From IMG/VR virus record IMGVR_UViG_3300011423_000008, positions 7,760 through 71,759 of that record: a DNA stretch of 64,000 nucleotides; one strand, 5' to 3'. Below are positions 9,180-18,307 of the stretch, piece after piece. Source of the stretch: a virus. Its lineage: Duplodnaviria; Caudoviricetes. The notes beneath the pieces are model-generated. The model ran no database searches, was not told where the DNA came from, and saw only the letters and a list, made by a program, of their open reading frames with translations. Each line of letters opens with the position of its first letter. The stretch's first letter is position 1. The position numbers and the translations under genes are program-made.

Positions 9180-9554
9180 ATGCTTTCAAATTTACGGGGC
9201 GATATTTTAAAGACTCGCGACCCCAAAAATCTTTCTTTTGAATTAAAAAGAGATGGTTGGGAAGTATCGGAAGCAATTACTGTTAATCGTAACACGGATG
9301 GTTTTGATTGGTGTTTTAATGGTATTTATATGATGCATGAGCGAACTTATTTTCCTCATAGTATTTTTAAAGAAATTTCCTCAAGTTATTGGTGCCAAAG
9401 AGTTTATTCTGATTTACAATTAGCAGAGAAACATGCTAAAAAGTTTGGGGGTGAAGCAATGAAATGTTTTTATTGCGATGATAACGAGCCGCTTTGGTTT
9501 ATTAGATTTGATGATTTTGATCGGGCGGCTAAATACTGCGAAACTATTAAATAA
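9180..9554 (+). CDS. hypothetical early protein
   Basis: Tiling ORF. Confidence 0.65.
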   Translation: MLSNLRGDILKTRDPKNLSFELKRDGWEVSEAITVNRNTDGFDWCFNGIYMMHERTYFPHSIFKEISSSYWCQRVYSDLQLAEKHAKKFGGEAMKCFYCDDNEPLWFIRFDDFDRAAKYCETIK

Positions 9555-9556
9555 TT

Positions 9557-9862
9557 ATGAAAACTTTTAAAGATTTCGAGAGTTTATTAAAAGAATTTAA
9601 TGAATTAAAAGAAATAATTAAAACGTTGTCTGCGGTTTATCAAATTCAATCTAAAGAAGAAGCCGCCCTCGCATTTAATAAACCTTTAAATTATTATTAT
9701 CATTTCTCATATGAAAAATGGTCCCGCGTCTCGAAAAGATTAGTTATTAAAAGAGAAAAAGTAATGGCGGAATGTAATCAAATGGGAATTCCGGGGAATA
9801 TGCCTTACAGTGAGTTTCCCCATTACAGGCAAAGGATGGGACTTGACAACGGGCGAGCTTAG
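9557..9862 (+). CDS. hypothetical early protein
   Basis: Tiling ORF; C-terminus reads through the promoter. Confidence 0.6.
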   Translation: MKTFKDFESLLKEFNELKEIIKTLSAVYQIQSKEEAALAFNKPLNYYYHFSYEKWSRVSKRLVIKREKVMAECNQMGIPGNMPYSEFPHYRQRMGLDNGRA

Positions 9863-9870
9863 TATATAGT
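9843..9870 (+). promoter_or_regulatory. sigma70-type early promoter
   Basis: TTGACA-16-TATAGT. Confidence 0.75.
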
Positions 9871-9876
9871 GAGCGT

Positions 9877-10128
9877 ATGACAAATAACGAGCTTATCGCG
9901 ACACCGGTTAGGAAAATGGAAGCCGATGGATATGATAAAGTTTATACATCTTTGAGATTTTTTAATAATAGGTTAAATCAATGGATTGAAATCGGGCGGT
10001 TTAATCCCGGTTTTGGATATTATTCGATTGAGCATTTTAGACAGGAAAACAATGGTAATGTTTATAGTCTTTGGTTGATCGAAGATGGAAAAGAAACTAT
10101 TGTAAAATTAACCGGGCCGGGAACTTAA
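9877..10128 (+). CDS. hypothetical early protein
   Basis: ATG 6 nt after the -10 box. Confidence 0.65.
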   Translation: MTNNELIATPVRKMEADGYDKVYTSLRFFNNRLNQWIEIGRFNPGFGYYSIEHFRQENNGNVYSLWLIEDGKETIVKLTGPGT

Positions 10129-10140
10129 TTTATTTTTCGA

Positions 10141-10227
10141 ACGTGTAGGTTGCCACGTAGAGCGTACCTAAGGAAAATCTGATGACAGAGCGGATAAAAC
10201 TCCTAAAGTAGAATCAATAAACCTCTG
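10141..10227 (+). ncRNA. candidate intergenic pseudoknot RNA
   Basis: ACGTG/CACGT stem; loop TAGGT pairs ACCTA; downstream TCTG/CAGA hairpin. Confidence 0.4.
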
Positions 10228-10237
10228 TTTTTGTTTT

Positions 10238-10570
10238 ATGATTAAAATAGAAAAACTAATTGAAATTACTCCAGAAGATGTTGCGGCGGCGGTTTTAGAT
10301 CGTCCCAAACTACATTGCATTACAACTTGTCCAACGCATCAAGCTTTGCGCCGATATATTAAATCAGAAATTAAATTTGTGGTTAGTTATTTTGGGGCTT
10401 TCACAGCAGATCGTTTGGATATTATTGCTAATTTTGAACAAAAGTTAGTAGAAGAAATTGAAAAAAATGGATATTCTCATGGGTGCCATAGATTTACGCC
10501 GGGAACTTACGAAATTGAAGTAATTAAACCAGAGTATTTAAAGGACGAATGCAAAAATCAATCTATTTAG
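10238..10570 (+). CDS. hypothetical early protein
   Basis: Tiling ORF. Confidence 0.6.
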   Translation: MIKIEKLIEITPEDVAAAVLDRPKLHCITTCPTHQALRRYIKSEIKFVVSYFGAFTADRLDIIANFEQKLVEEIEKNGYSHGCHRFTPGTYEIEVIKPEYLKDECKNQSI

Positions 10571-10696
10571 ATGAACTTTGGCGGCGGGCGCGAGCTTGGG
10601 CCGATGATCGGGGTATTAAGAATGATTGCCACCATGTTCAGGGGGTGGGGGCGCTTTGAGGGTACGTTTGCGCGTTCTGGTTCAGAACGCTTAACA

Positions 10697-10724
10697 TTGA
10701 CTTTGTGAAAGGTTCGCTTATAGT
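10697..10724 (+). promoter_or_regulatory. sigma70-type early promoter
   Basis: TTGACT-16-TATAGT. Confidence 0.65.
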
Positions 10725-10759
10725 CGATATGAATGAAGCGGGTGAATGGATAGCATACT

Positions 10760-11074
10760 ATGAAACTAAAGAAACTTGAACATATCGAAGATGATATTTA
10801 TTCCTTTCGTTTAAGTGATCGGTTTGGCTATCTTGATTTTGAAACTAATCAAGAATATTTTTGGATTCTTAATATTAACGTAAAAGAAAAACATCGGGGC
10901 AAGGGGCACGCTTCGAATTTATTATTTGAATTTTTTAAACATTTTAATAGAGATGGAGTAAAAATTGACTTTGGATGTTTCACCGATGACGGGGAAAAAT
11001 TAATTCCTGTGATTAAGAGATTATTCAACTTGTATAAAAACGTGATTAGTATTAATAATGAGAATTTCAAATAA
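10760..11074 (+). CDS. GNAT-family acetyltransferase
   Basis: Motif A ILNINVKEKHRGKGHASNLL. Confidence 0.75.
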   Translation: MKLKKLEHIEDDIYSFRLSDRFGYLDFETNQEYFWILNINVKEKHRGKGHASNLLFEFFKHFNRDGVKIDFGCFTDDGEKLIPVIKRLFNLYKNVISINNENFK

Positions 11075-11288
11075 ACCTATCGGTTTTATAGATCGTACCG
11101 ATAATGATAAAGTAATTCCTTTCCCCGCTGGAATGAATCAATACGGGCCGAAGTATTTTATTATTGTTGAATTTGATATTGTTTATTCACAAGTAATAGA
11201 AACGGGGGAAAAGAAAGCGGTGGATGGTCTTTCAACCAAAGACGTAGAAAACTATATTAATAATAAAGATTGGGGATTTTTAGCATGA
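11058..11288 (+). CDS. hypothetical early protein
   Basis: Tiling ORF. Confidence 0.6.
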   Translation: MRISNKPIGFIDRTDNDKVIPFPAGMNQYGPKYFIIVEFDIVYSQVIETGEKKAVDGLSTKDVENYINNKDWGFLA

Positions 11289-11509
11289 ATAAACAAATTG
11301 CAGTAACTACAAATAGTCATAGACAAGCCGCCCGATTGCCTAAAGGCGCTACAGGGGGTTACGTTGCTAGTTTGGGTTCAAAAACTCGTATTTGGTATTT
11401 GGATGATACAGAAGAAAATCGTAATCATTTAGAACGATTTGGTATTAAAATTAAACCAAACCTAACTAAAAATAGAAACGAAATGTTATCGCGCTACTAT
11501 TCAATCTAA
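11285..11509 (+). CDS. hypothetical early protein
   Basis: ATGA overlap with the upstream stop. Confidence 0.6.
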   Translation: MNKQIAVTTNSHRQAARLPKGATGGYVASLGSKTRIWYLDDTEENRNHLERFGIKIKPNLTKNRNEMLSRYYSI

Positions 11510-11549
11510 AGATCATTATTTTTAAAAATGAAGAACATGAATCGTTCGC

Positions 11550-11578
11550 TTGACAAACAAGAGGGGGCGGGGTATAGT
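11550..11578 (+). promoter_or_regulatory. sigma70-type early promoter
   Basis: TTGACA-17-TATAGT. Confidence 0.8.
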
Positions 11579-11585
11579 CTCAAAG

Positions 11586-11716
11586 TAATAAGTAACGGAT
11601 TAGCCAACTAAGGATAATGAATTTATCGCTATTCTAGTCTGTTCAAGTCGGACCTGAGAGCTTGCTCTTAACTGGAAATCCCGTCTTAAAGACGATAGAA
11701 CTATAGTTACTTATTA
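11586..11716 (+). ncRNA. candidate multi-stem ncRNA (about 130 nt)
   Basis: Closing helix TAATAAGTAAC/GTTACTTATTA with internal hairpins; begins at the predicted TSS. Confidence 0.55.
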
Positions 11717-11731
11717 TTAATTTTTTAATAA

Positions 11732-11959
11732 ATGAAAACAAAAACCGTCACAATTCAAATCCCTTCTAAATTTAATTTTATGGCGGTTCAACCTTGGGGA
11801 ACGATTTTGCTCGCAGAAAGACAACCAGTAATTTACGAAGAAAACGAAACGGAAGCTGGTATTGCATATTGGCATTGTACAATAGGAAATTATACTGAAT
11901 TAGATAATATTTCTGTTAATGAACGGAAAGACTGGCGGAAAACTTTGAAGAAAATCTAA
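11732..11959 (+). CDS. hypothetical early protein
   Basis: Tiling ORF. Confidence 0.6.
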   Translation: MKTKTVTIQIPSKFNFMAVQPWGTILLAERQPVIYEENETEAGIAYWHCTIGNYTELDNISVNERKDWRKTLKKI

Positions 11960-12174
11960 TGAAAACAAAAAAAGTTAAACTTAATTTAGTGGGCCTTGAT
12001 AATAATGCTTTTTCTTTAATGGGGGCATTTCAAAAACAAGCGAGGCGCGAGGGATGGCCTCAAGAAGAAATTAAAGTTGTTATAGATAAATGCATGGAAT
12101 CAGATTATGATAATTTGTTAGTTATTTTAATGAATCATTGTGATATGTCAGAGGATGACGAGGACGAGGATTAA
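11959..12174 (+). CDS. small conserved-type phage protein
   Basis: LVGLDNNAFSLMGAFQKQARREGW motif, recalled from small phage proteins. Confidence 0.7.
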   Translation: MKTKKVKLNLVGLDNNAFSLMGAFQKQARREGWPQEEIKVVIDKCMESDYDNLLVILMNHCDMSEDDEDED

Positions 12175-12217
12175 AGGGGGCTTGATTCTATCAAGCCGGT
12201 CGTCTAAGAGACGAGAC

Positions 12218-12246
12218 TTGACAAACCAAACACCTTATAGCATACT
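12218..12246 (+). promoter_or_regulatory. sigma70-type early promoter
   Basis: TTGACA-17-CATACT. Confidence 0.7.
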
Positions 12247-12252
12247 CTAAAC

Positions 12253-12750
12253 ATGATTATTGAACTTGCGGATACGCGGAAAGCCATTGAAACCTTGCAG
12301 CATCACGCGGCGAATATCAATCTTAAGCGAAGCTTGCTACCCCTGATCATTAAGGGGCTTGAGTCAGTCAGGCACCATGCCAAGGTAACAAGTCGCGCCA
12401 AGGATGCTATTTCAAAAGAAATCGGCGCGGATTTTGTTATTTCGATGGAAAGTGATAAAATTCGAATTTGGGGCGGGAAAATTAATTATGATGATCGTTT
12501 GACAATTTATGGTAATAATTTTGTTGAATTGTTGGAGTGCTGCAATAAAGCTTTAGAACACGGATACGATACAAAAGAAATTGATTTAACTTTAACTAAT
12601 TTAGCTCAAGCCGAAGAATTACTAAAGAAAGCTAAACAATTACAACAAGAAATCAGGGCAAAACTTCCCGCTTTGCATTATTTGAATGGGACTCGGGGCC
12701 TTGGTTATCTTTATGACGTAACTAATACTTATATTCCTGATCGTGTATGA
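12253..12750 (+). CDS. hypothetical early protein
   Basis: ATG 6 nt after the -10 box. Confidence 0.7.
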   Translation: MIIELADTRKAIETLQHHAANINLKRSLLPLIIKGLESVRHHAKVTSRAKDAISKEIGADFVISMESDKIRIWGGKINYDDRLTIYGNNFVELLECCNKALEHGYDTKEIDLTLTNLAQAEELLKKAKQLQQEIRAKLPALHYLNGTRGLGYLYDVTNTYIPDRV

Positions 12751-13010
12751 AAATTAAATGGATTAGACTAAATCCCGGCGCGAGCGCGGACGATGGAAAC
12801 TACTCACGTTCATTGGAGGGGCGTTTCGATATTTCGCCCCGCTTCCGTCATACGATTTACCCTGATTCATATCAAATTGTAGATTACTTAAAAAAAGATG
12901 CGAGCGGCAAATCTATTGTGAAATGCTGCAACCGGATTACTGATTGCAAAAATTGGGCCGAGGAAATTGTTTTTAATGAAATTAATAAAGAGCGGGGCTT
13001 GACAAGCTGA
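12747..13010 (+). CDS. hypothetical early protein
   Basis: ATGA overlap; ends ERGLTS, read from the promoter. Confidence 0.65.
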   Translation: MKIKWIRLNPGASADDGNYSRSLEGRFDISPRFRHTIYPDSYQIVDYLKKDASGKSIVKCCNRITDCKNWAEEIVFNEINKERGLTS

Positions 13011-13027
13011 GAGTCTTAGCCTATGAT
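12999..13027 (+). promoter_or_regulatory. sigma70-type early promoter
   Basis: TTGACA-17-TATGAT. Confidence 0.8.
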
Positions 13028-13194
13028 TGCGCCATGTTGAAATTTTACTGCGATGGAGTGGGATTTATAACCGCGAAACGGCGTTATGGTGTGCGGTTCT
13101 GGCGCTCGAAAGATCGGGGTTTTGGAATTTGGCGCGACTACCATATACAAGCGTTTAAAATTGGGTTTTGGAAAGTAATTGTAATTCAATTTTT

Positions 13195-13407
13195 ATGAAA
13201 TTAAACAAAGCCATAACAGAAGCAATTAAAATTGCTAAACAAAATAAAATTGCTATGGCGATTGTGAGCGAGGGGGTTCATGCCGATGAGTTTGCCGAAC
13301 GAGACGAGGATGGGGAAAGTTACGGGTATTGTCCTGCGGCGGCAATTTCGACGTTGTATAAACATGGAAAAGTAATTAAATTAATTCCTGTTAAATGTTA
13401 TGAATAA
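13195..13407 (+). CDS. hypothetical early protein
   Basis: Internal ATG of the track ORF. Confidence 0.6.
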   Translation: MKLNKAITEAIKIAKQNKIAMAIVSEGVHADEFAERDEDGESYGYCPAAAISTLYKHGKVIKLIPVKCYE

Positions 13408-13684
13408 CTACTGGTCTAAAGTATTCATGAGATTGCTTCGCAATCGTTATAAAAATTCAACTTTTCAAGCATATTATCCTTCAGTTCAAACTAAGTTTGA
13501 ATATTGGGGCGGAAAAAATGTGTTAAATACAATAGATTATTGTGTGGAAAATGAGAACGCCGCGTTTGATTTTTTTGAATCATTTTTTTCTAATCTATCT
13601 CATGAAGAACAATTTAGGTTAACGGGGTTTGAGCGAGGAGCTTGGCTTGAGATGGAACGGCAAGAGAGGGGCTTGACAAACTGA
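13400..13684 (+). CDS. hypothetical early protein
   Basis: Ends ERGLTN, read from the promoter. Confidence 0.6.
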   Translation: MNNYWSKVFMRLLRNRYKNSTFQAYYPSVQTKFEYWGGKNVLNTIDYCVENENAAFDFFESFFSNLSHEEQFRLTGFERGAWLEMERQERGLTN

Positions 13685-13701
13685 AAGCTTAGGTATAGTC
13701 T
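13673..13701 (+). promoter_or_regulatory. sigma70-type early promoter
   Basis: TTGACA-17-TAGTCT. Confidence 0.7.
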
Positions 13702-13709
13702 AGTCATTA

Positions 13710-13958
13710 ATGAAACCGCCCACTACTTTCATGGAAGAAAACAATGAATGGTTTATTTATTGTCCCTTGCGTCCCCGGATTTATGGAGGTAAAACTTTAT
13801 TGGATGCTTTTGAATCAGCGTGGAAATTAATGATAATTAATCGTTCTACATTAGTTCGAATTCAACGTGAGGGAAAAGACCAAAGACCGAAAGACGCAAG
13901 TTTTGAAGAATATTCCGAATTTTTAAATCAACAATTAAATAATTTTTTAAATGCGTAA
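13710..13958 (+). CDS. hypothetical early protein
   Basis: ATG 8 nt after the -10 box. Confidence 0.6.
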   Translation: MKPPTTFMEENNEWFIYCPLRPRIYGGKTLLDAFESAWKLMIINRSTLVRIQREGKDQRPKDASFEEYSEFLNQQLNNFLNA

Positions 13959-14093
13959 AGGTAGATTATGGTTGCGGAATATGAAATATTGGGGGCACGA
14001 TGGGGACCATAATGCCCCGGTATCACGGCGCGAAGAAAAGAAATGGGTTCGGTTGGGATTGATCGAAAGAAGTTGTTATTCTAAACGAAAAAA

Positions 14094-14303
14094 ATGAAAA
14101 TCACAATAATTTATCGCGACGGGTCAAAAGAAGAATTTGTAGAAACACGTTCGCCCGCCCTTCCCTTAGTTTATACTAAAGAAAATAAAGTATTTATGTT
14201 TGGTTCAAAACAAATCCGGCGCGAACCTTATTATTATGAATTGTCCCCGGAAGATACTAAGAAATATAATGATTCATTGAAAGTCATGGAGTGTTTGAAA
14301 TAG
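14094..14303 (+). CDS. hypothetical early protein
   Basis: Tiling ORF. Confidence 0.55.
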   Translation: MKITIIYRDGSKEEFVETRSPALPLVYTKENKVFMFGSKQIRREPYYYELSPEDTKKYNDSLKVMECLK

Positions 14304-14462
14304 TATGATTCCTGAAGCAAAATTTATTTCTCATGTTCAAATGGGATATTATCAAAGAAAAAGTTACCGCGCACGAAAACGTTTGACTTTTTATCAAGAT
14401 AAATCAGATTATTTTTGGCTGGATGACTATATGTTAAAACAATATGTTGATTTTTTAAATTT

Positions 14463-14861
14463 ATGAAGGGTAACTATTATATTAATCACGGCGGCAATCA
14501 AATCCTAGCGGACGGAATTTTAAATATTCTAAAAAAGTTAGGTTATGGGGGCCTTGGAGAAACTTATGTGGCAAGAGGCGCGGAAATAATTACTATTGAA
14601 TTGGGAAACAACGATAAATATCGTGCATTAGGTTGGATGGAATTTAAAACTGAGAGTGATCGTATTTATCTTACAAATCATAAACAAATTACTATAGAAG
14701 ATTTTGTTCGTTTGTTTCATAACGAAAAATCAATTAAAGTAGTTTTAAACGAAAAACATACGGCTTTAGTAACTAAAAATGGAATAAAAGTTGGATGCGA
14801 ATTTTTTCCTTTAACTGTGATTAATGAGTTAATGATAGCAAAACAAGAAGTATTAAAATGA
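14463..14861 (+). CDS. hypothetical early protein
   Basis: Tiling ORF. Confidence 0.65.
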   Translation: MKGNYYINHGGNQILADGILNILKKLGYGGLGETYVARGAEIITIELGNNDKYRALGWMEFKTESDRIYLTNHKQITIEDFVRLFHNEKSIKVVLNEKHTALVTKNGIKVGCEFFPLTVINELMIAKQEVLK

Positions 14862-14865
14862 TTTT

Positions 14866-15096
14866 ATGACCGATGAATTAAAATCTATTCTCGCGACCAT
14901 GAATATTCCTGATCGGCGCAAAAATGATATTCTTTGGCTTGGGCGCAATTTACCTATTCAAAATTCAAATCATCCTAAATTGAATCGTGCAATGGAATTA
15001 ATTAATATTGAAGGGAAGATTTTGATTCAAGAAATGATGAGCGCGGTAAGTAAATTTAGTGATATTGAAAATTTCCCACATTTAAAGGGGGATTGA
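14866..15096 (+). CDS. hypothetical early protein
   Basis: TGA stop within TTGACA. Confidence 0.6.
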   Translation: MTDELKSILATMNIPDRRKNDILWLGRNLPIQNSNHPKLNRAMELINIEGKILIQEMMSAVSKFSDIENFPHLKGD

Positions 15097-15120
15097 CAAA
15101 GGGCTAGGTTGGTATATAGT
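15093..15120 (+). promoter_or_regulatory. sigma70-type early promoter
   Basis: TTGACA-16-TATAGT. Confidence 0.75.
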
Positions 15121-15127
15121 GGCTCGT

Positions 15128-15394
15128 ATGAACGAATACGGAGCGGGAACAAAGCTGTTTTGCGATTTTCATTTCGGGGGCAAGCCGAAAGCGGTTTGCC
15201 TTGAAGTGATCGAGCCGGGAACCGGAAAGGCGAGCGGCGGCAAGATTAAGGTTCGCTTGACTGAAACCGTGGGGGCCTATAAAAAAGGCGAAGAAATGAT
15301 TATTAATTCCTTCCAAGCCGTTCCAGCGAAACAAGAAAAGTTTAAAACAGGTAGCTTTTTTCGAAAAGTTGACACAAATTATATTTGGAAATAA
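15128..15394 (+). CDS. hypothetical early protein
   Basis: ATG 7 nt after the -10 box. Confidence 0.65.
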   Translation: MNEYGAGTKLFCDFHFGGKPKAVCLEVIEPGTGKASGGKIKVRLTETVGAYKKGEEMIINSFQAVPAKQEKFKTGSFFRKVDTNYIWK

Positions 15395-15395
15395 T

Positions 15396-15668
15396 ATGCC
15401 AAACATTGTTATTAGAATGGACCCTTGGGAAAAACGGATGATCGAAGGCAAAGAGGAAACTTATATTGCCGAACGAGCCAAGGAAAAACTAAAAGAATTT
15501 TGGCCCGATAATTTTTTTGGATTAGTCTGTGCCTATACCTTTAAAAGAGATGGAGAACAAGTCAAAGCTGATTTATTTACTAAAAAGAATTGTCAATCTG
15601 TTTGTTTTATTCCGGTTGGCTCGCCAAGTTGGGCTAACGAAGTCGCGGCGGAAGTTTTACCAATTTAA
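15396..15668 (+). CDS. hypothetical early protein
   Basis: ATG directly after the upstream stop. Confidence 0.6.
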   Translation: MPNIVIRMDPWEKRMIEGKEETYIAERAKEKLKEFWPDNFFGLVCAYTFKRDGEQVKADLFTKKNCQSVCFIPVGSPSWANEVAAEVLPI

Positions 15669-15675
15669 TTAAATT

Positions 15676-15948
15676 ATGATTGATTTAGATTGTTTATTGT
15701 GTGGCAAACCAACTTGGGATGAAGTTGTTGATTTTTTCGCTAATGGCGAATTTCATGAGGAACATTATTTAGTTGAAGCTATTGAAAAACATTTACAAAC
15801 TGAGGAACAGAGAAAAAAGATGTTTGATCATAAATTAAGTATTGAAAAGATTTTAAATGGTCGGACGGAACCAAAACATGAAAAGTTTGTTAATAAATTA
15901 TTTAAAGTGTGGAACGAAAAACTAGGAATTAAACATTTTAATTGTTAA
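15676..15948 (+). CDS. hypothetical early protein
   Basis: Tiling ORF, CxxC. Confidence 0.6.
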   Translation: MIDLDCLLCGKPTWDEVVDFFANGEFHEEHYLVEAIEKHLQTEEQRKKMFDHKLSIEKILNGRTEPKHEKFVNKLFKVWNEKLGIKHFNC

Positions 15949-15952
15949 AATT

Positions 15953-16240
15953 ATGAATTGTCCTAAATGTCAATCTTCTTATCTTGGGGAAAGTACTGGT
16001 TATTTTTTGTTTACGTGCGGCACCAAATTTTATCAAGAAGAAAATATATTTGTTCGAACAGAATCATGTATGGATCGTCAAGCCCAGAATTTGAATAATA
16101 CTATTTTACTTTTAATTACTACGCCGCATATTCGTAATTATTTGCAATTAAATGATTTAAAAGCTTTGGAACAAGCGGAACGGGCGGTTAATTTTAATAT
16201 AAAAGATTATCCGGGGTTTATGAGTTATCCAAGGGCTTGA
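15953..16240 (+). CDS. Zn-ribbon-like hypothetical protein
   Basis: MNCPKC...FTCG; TGA stop within TTGACA. Confidence 0.6.
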   Translation: MNCPKCQSSYLGESTGYFLFTCGTKFYQEENIFVRTESCMDRQAQNLNNTILLLITTPHIRNYLQLNDLKALEQAERAVNFNIKDYPGFMSYPRA

Positions 16241-16265
16241 CAAGCCGCAAACTATGGTATAGAGT
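16237..16265 (+). promoter_or_regulatory. sigma70-type early promoter
   Basis: TTGACA-17-TAGAGT. Confidence 0.75.
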
Positions 16266-16273
16266 CGTTAGTA

Positions 16274-16510
16274 ATGAATGTAACAACTCGCAAGCTTATG
16301 TTTCACCGGGGCCGGTTGAACGAAAACCCGCGCAATCTTCATTGCACAATGACCTATCAGGGCAAGAATTATCTCGGGGAAATCATTGATGCGCGTTATG
16401 ATGACGGCTTTTATCGTTTGACTGTTCGCCACATGAACGGCGAGCTTTGGAAAGATAATCAAGGTAAAGATTTTTTTCCTTCGGCAATGAGTGTTGATAT
16501 TTTATCATAA
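16274..16510 (+). CDS. hypothetical early protein
   Basis: ATG 8 nt after the -10 box. Confidence 0.65.
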   Translation: MNVTTRKLMFHRGRLNENPRNLHCTMTYQGKNYLGEIIDARYDDGFYRLTVRHMNGELWKDNQGKDFFPSAMSVDILS

Positions 16511-16535
16511 ACAAATTAGAAATATCTGAAACAAA

Positions 16536-16742
16536 ATGAAAAACTTTCTTGTTTTTATCGGAGAATCTTACTCCCCTTGCGGCGGCTGTCGTGATTTCCG
16601 AAAGGATTTTGACACCTTAGAAGAAGCTAAACAATATATTGTAAGTTTAAAGCTTAATTTCAACTGCGAATGGGTTCAAATTGTAGATTTAAAAGAAAAA
16701 ATCGAATACGATCAAAACGGAGTCATTCAAGGGAGATTATAA
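16536..16742 (+). CDS. hypothetical early protein
   Basis: FLVFIGESYSPCGG..DF motif. Confidence 0.65.
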   Translation: MKNFLVFIGESYSPCGGCRDFRKDFDTLEEAKQYIVSLKLNFNCEWVQIVDLKEKIEYDQNGVIQGRL

Positions 16743-16889
16743 AAATATGTTTACAGAAAAAGAAGCGTGGATTAGAATTGCCGAAGCTTTTGAAGATACA
16801 TATATTCAAGAACAGGCATTGATTTGCGATTATTCCTATAAAGAAATCCTTTACATTGATCAATCTATTCATATTAATCGAATCGTAAA

Positions 16890-17258
16890 ATGAAATCATT
16901 AGAAGAACATATTAAATTATTGGATGAAACGGCGGCGTTTTATAATACTGGAAATCGTTGTATTGGCGAGCTAGGCGCGTGCATGTATTTCGTTGAAGGC
17001 AAGCCGGGGTGCGCCATTGGCCGTTTAATCGCGGATAAAGACCTTTGCCGCGAGCTTGACAAGCTGGATTTACCCGCTGTTGCTACGGTTTACGATCAAT
17101 TCCCGCCCGAGCTTCAAGAATATAAGAAAGAATTTTTAAGTGATTTACAAGCTTTGCATGATGGTGGTTATTATTGGGACGAACAAGGAATTAATGGATT
17201 TGGAAAAAGACAAGTAGAAGTGATTAAATCTAATCTATCCAAATACTTGAATGTGTAA
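16890..17258 (+). CDS. hypothetical early protein
   Basis: GCAIGRLI...LQALHD motifs. Confidence 0.65.
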   Translation: MKSLEEHIKLLDETAAFYNTGNRCIGELGACMYFVEGKPGCAIGRLIADKDLCRELDKLDLPAVATVYDQFPPELQEYKKEFLSDLQALHDGGYYWDEQGINGFGKRQVEVIKSNLSKYLNV

Positions 17259-17362
17259 AACAAAGTTTCACGGTATATATAAACAAAGAGAATCATGGTA
17301 GTCTAACAATATTGGAAACCAAGCCTATTTATAAATCTTATTAGAATAAATAGAGGTAAGAA

Positions 17363-17434
17363 ATGATATATGCGGTTGTGTTCGGTTTGGGGATCGTTTT
17401 GTATTTTATTATGAGGATTTTTAGGAACAGATAA
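17363..17434 (+). CDS. small hydrophobic peptide
   Basis: MIYAVVFGLGIVLYFIMRIFRNR; AGAGG upstream. Confidence 0.4.
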   Translation: MIYAVVFGLGIVLYFIMRIFRNR

Positions 17435-17500
17435 TGAATGGTTTTGTTGATAATAATGTTAGTCCAAAATAATACATAAATAATTAATAACAAATATGTT

Positions 17501-17581
17501 ATGTTTCATTTAGGTTTGTTTTTATTTGGTTTGGGCTGTTTCTGGTTAGGCTGGAACCTAGCTAAGTTAAAATATAAGTAA
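17501..17581 (+). CDS. small hydrophobic peptide
   Basis: MFHLGLFLFGLGCFWLGWNLAKLKYK. Confidence 0.4.
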   Translation: MFHLGLFLFGLGCFWLGWNLAKLKYK

Positions 17582-17739
17582 ATAGATAAGAGAAGAATAG
17601 GATAAATAAGATATGTTTTTTGGATTATTTAATTGGGAGATTGTTTCGGGTGGGTTTTCTCGGTCGAAATAATCAAAATGTTAATCGTAACATTATCAAA
17701 TAAAATAATTTAAAATATCAATAAACCCCAATAAAATCA

Positions 17740-17934
17740 ATGAATATCAATCAATTTTTAGTTTTTTTATCATTAGGTATTTTAATCACAAATTGGTTTA
17801 TTTTGGGTGCGCGGCCATTCCGCAAGCGGGAAATAACGCCCTCCAAAGAAATAATTAAAATCATTTTAACGGTGGCGAATGGAGCGATTATGATATTTTT
17901 ATTAATAAATTGGATCGTTTGGGTGGCGAAATAA
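17740..17934 (+). CDS. small two-TM membrane protein
   Basis: Two hydrophobic helices. Confidence 0.55.
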   Translation: MNINQFLVFLSLGILITNWFILGARPFRKREITPSKEIIKIILTVANGAIMIFLLINWIVWVAK

Positions 17935-18148
17935 AACAAATAATGTTTCATTCGGAAACTGCGTTTCCTGTTTTCAAGCGATTACGAACAAAATAGAAAA
18001 AAATAGAATAAGGTTTGGTGATAAGTAATAATAGAATTAAATAAATTGATTTTTTAATTTTGCTCAATGTTTTTAATAATTTGAAATAATAGCAAAAACC
18101 TATTTTGTATAATACAAATAATGTAGACTATTCTCTTAAATAAATGAT

Positions 18149-18307
18149 ATGAATAATTATTATTGGAGTCTATTGTTCTCTGTAATAGGATTAATTGGTT
18201 TAATTATGGGAACAAAACCAAAAAATAAAGCGCATTTAGCTCTATATACGGGGGCAATAATTACGTGTATTTTATTGATTATTTTAACTGTTTTTAAGAT
18301 TTTTTAG
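18149..18307 (+). CDS. small two-TM membrane protein
   Basis: 52 aa with two hydrophobic helices. Confidence 0.5.
   Translation: MNNYYWSLLFSVIGLIGLIMGTKPKNKAHLALYTGAIITCILLIILTVFKIF

Noticed and set aside
10179-10227. Hammerhead ribozyme (CTGATGA present)
   Set aside because: No GAAA after a stem II and no stem III/UH arrangement in any permutation I could build.
17056-17084. Additional TTGACA promoter inside ORF 16890
   Set aside because: No plausible -10 hexamer at 16-18 nt spacing.
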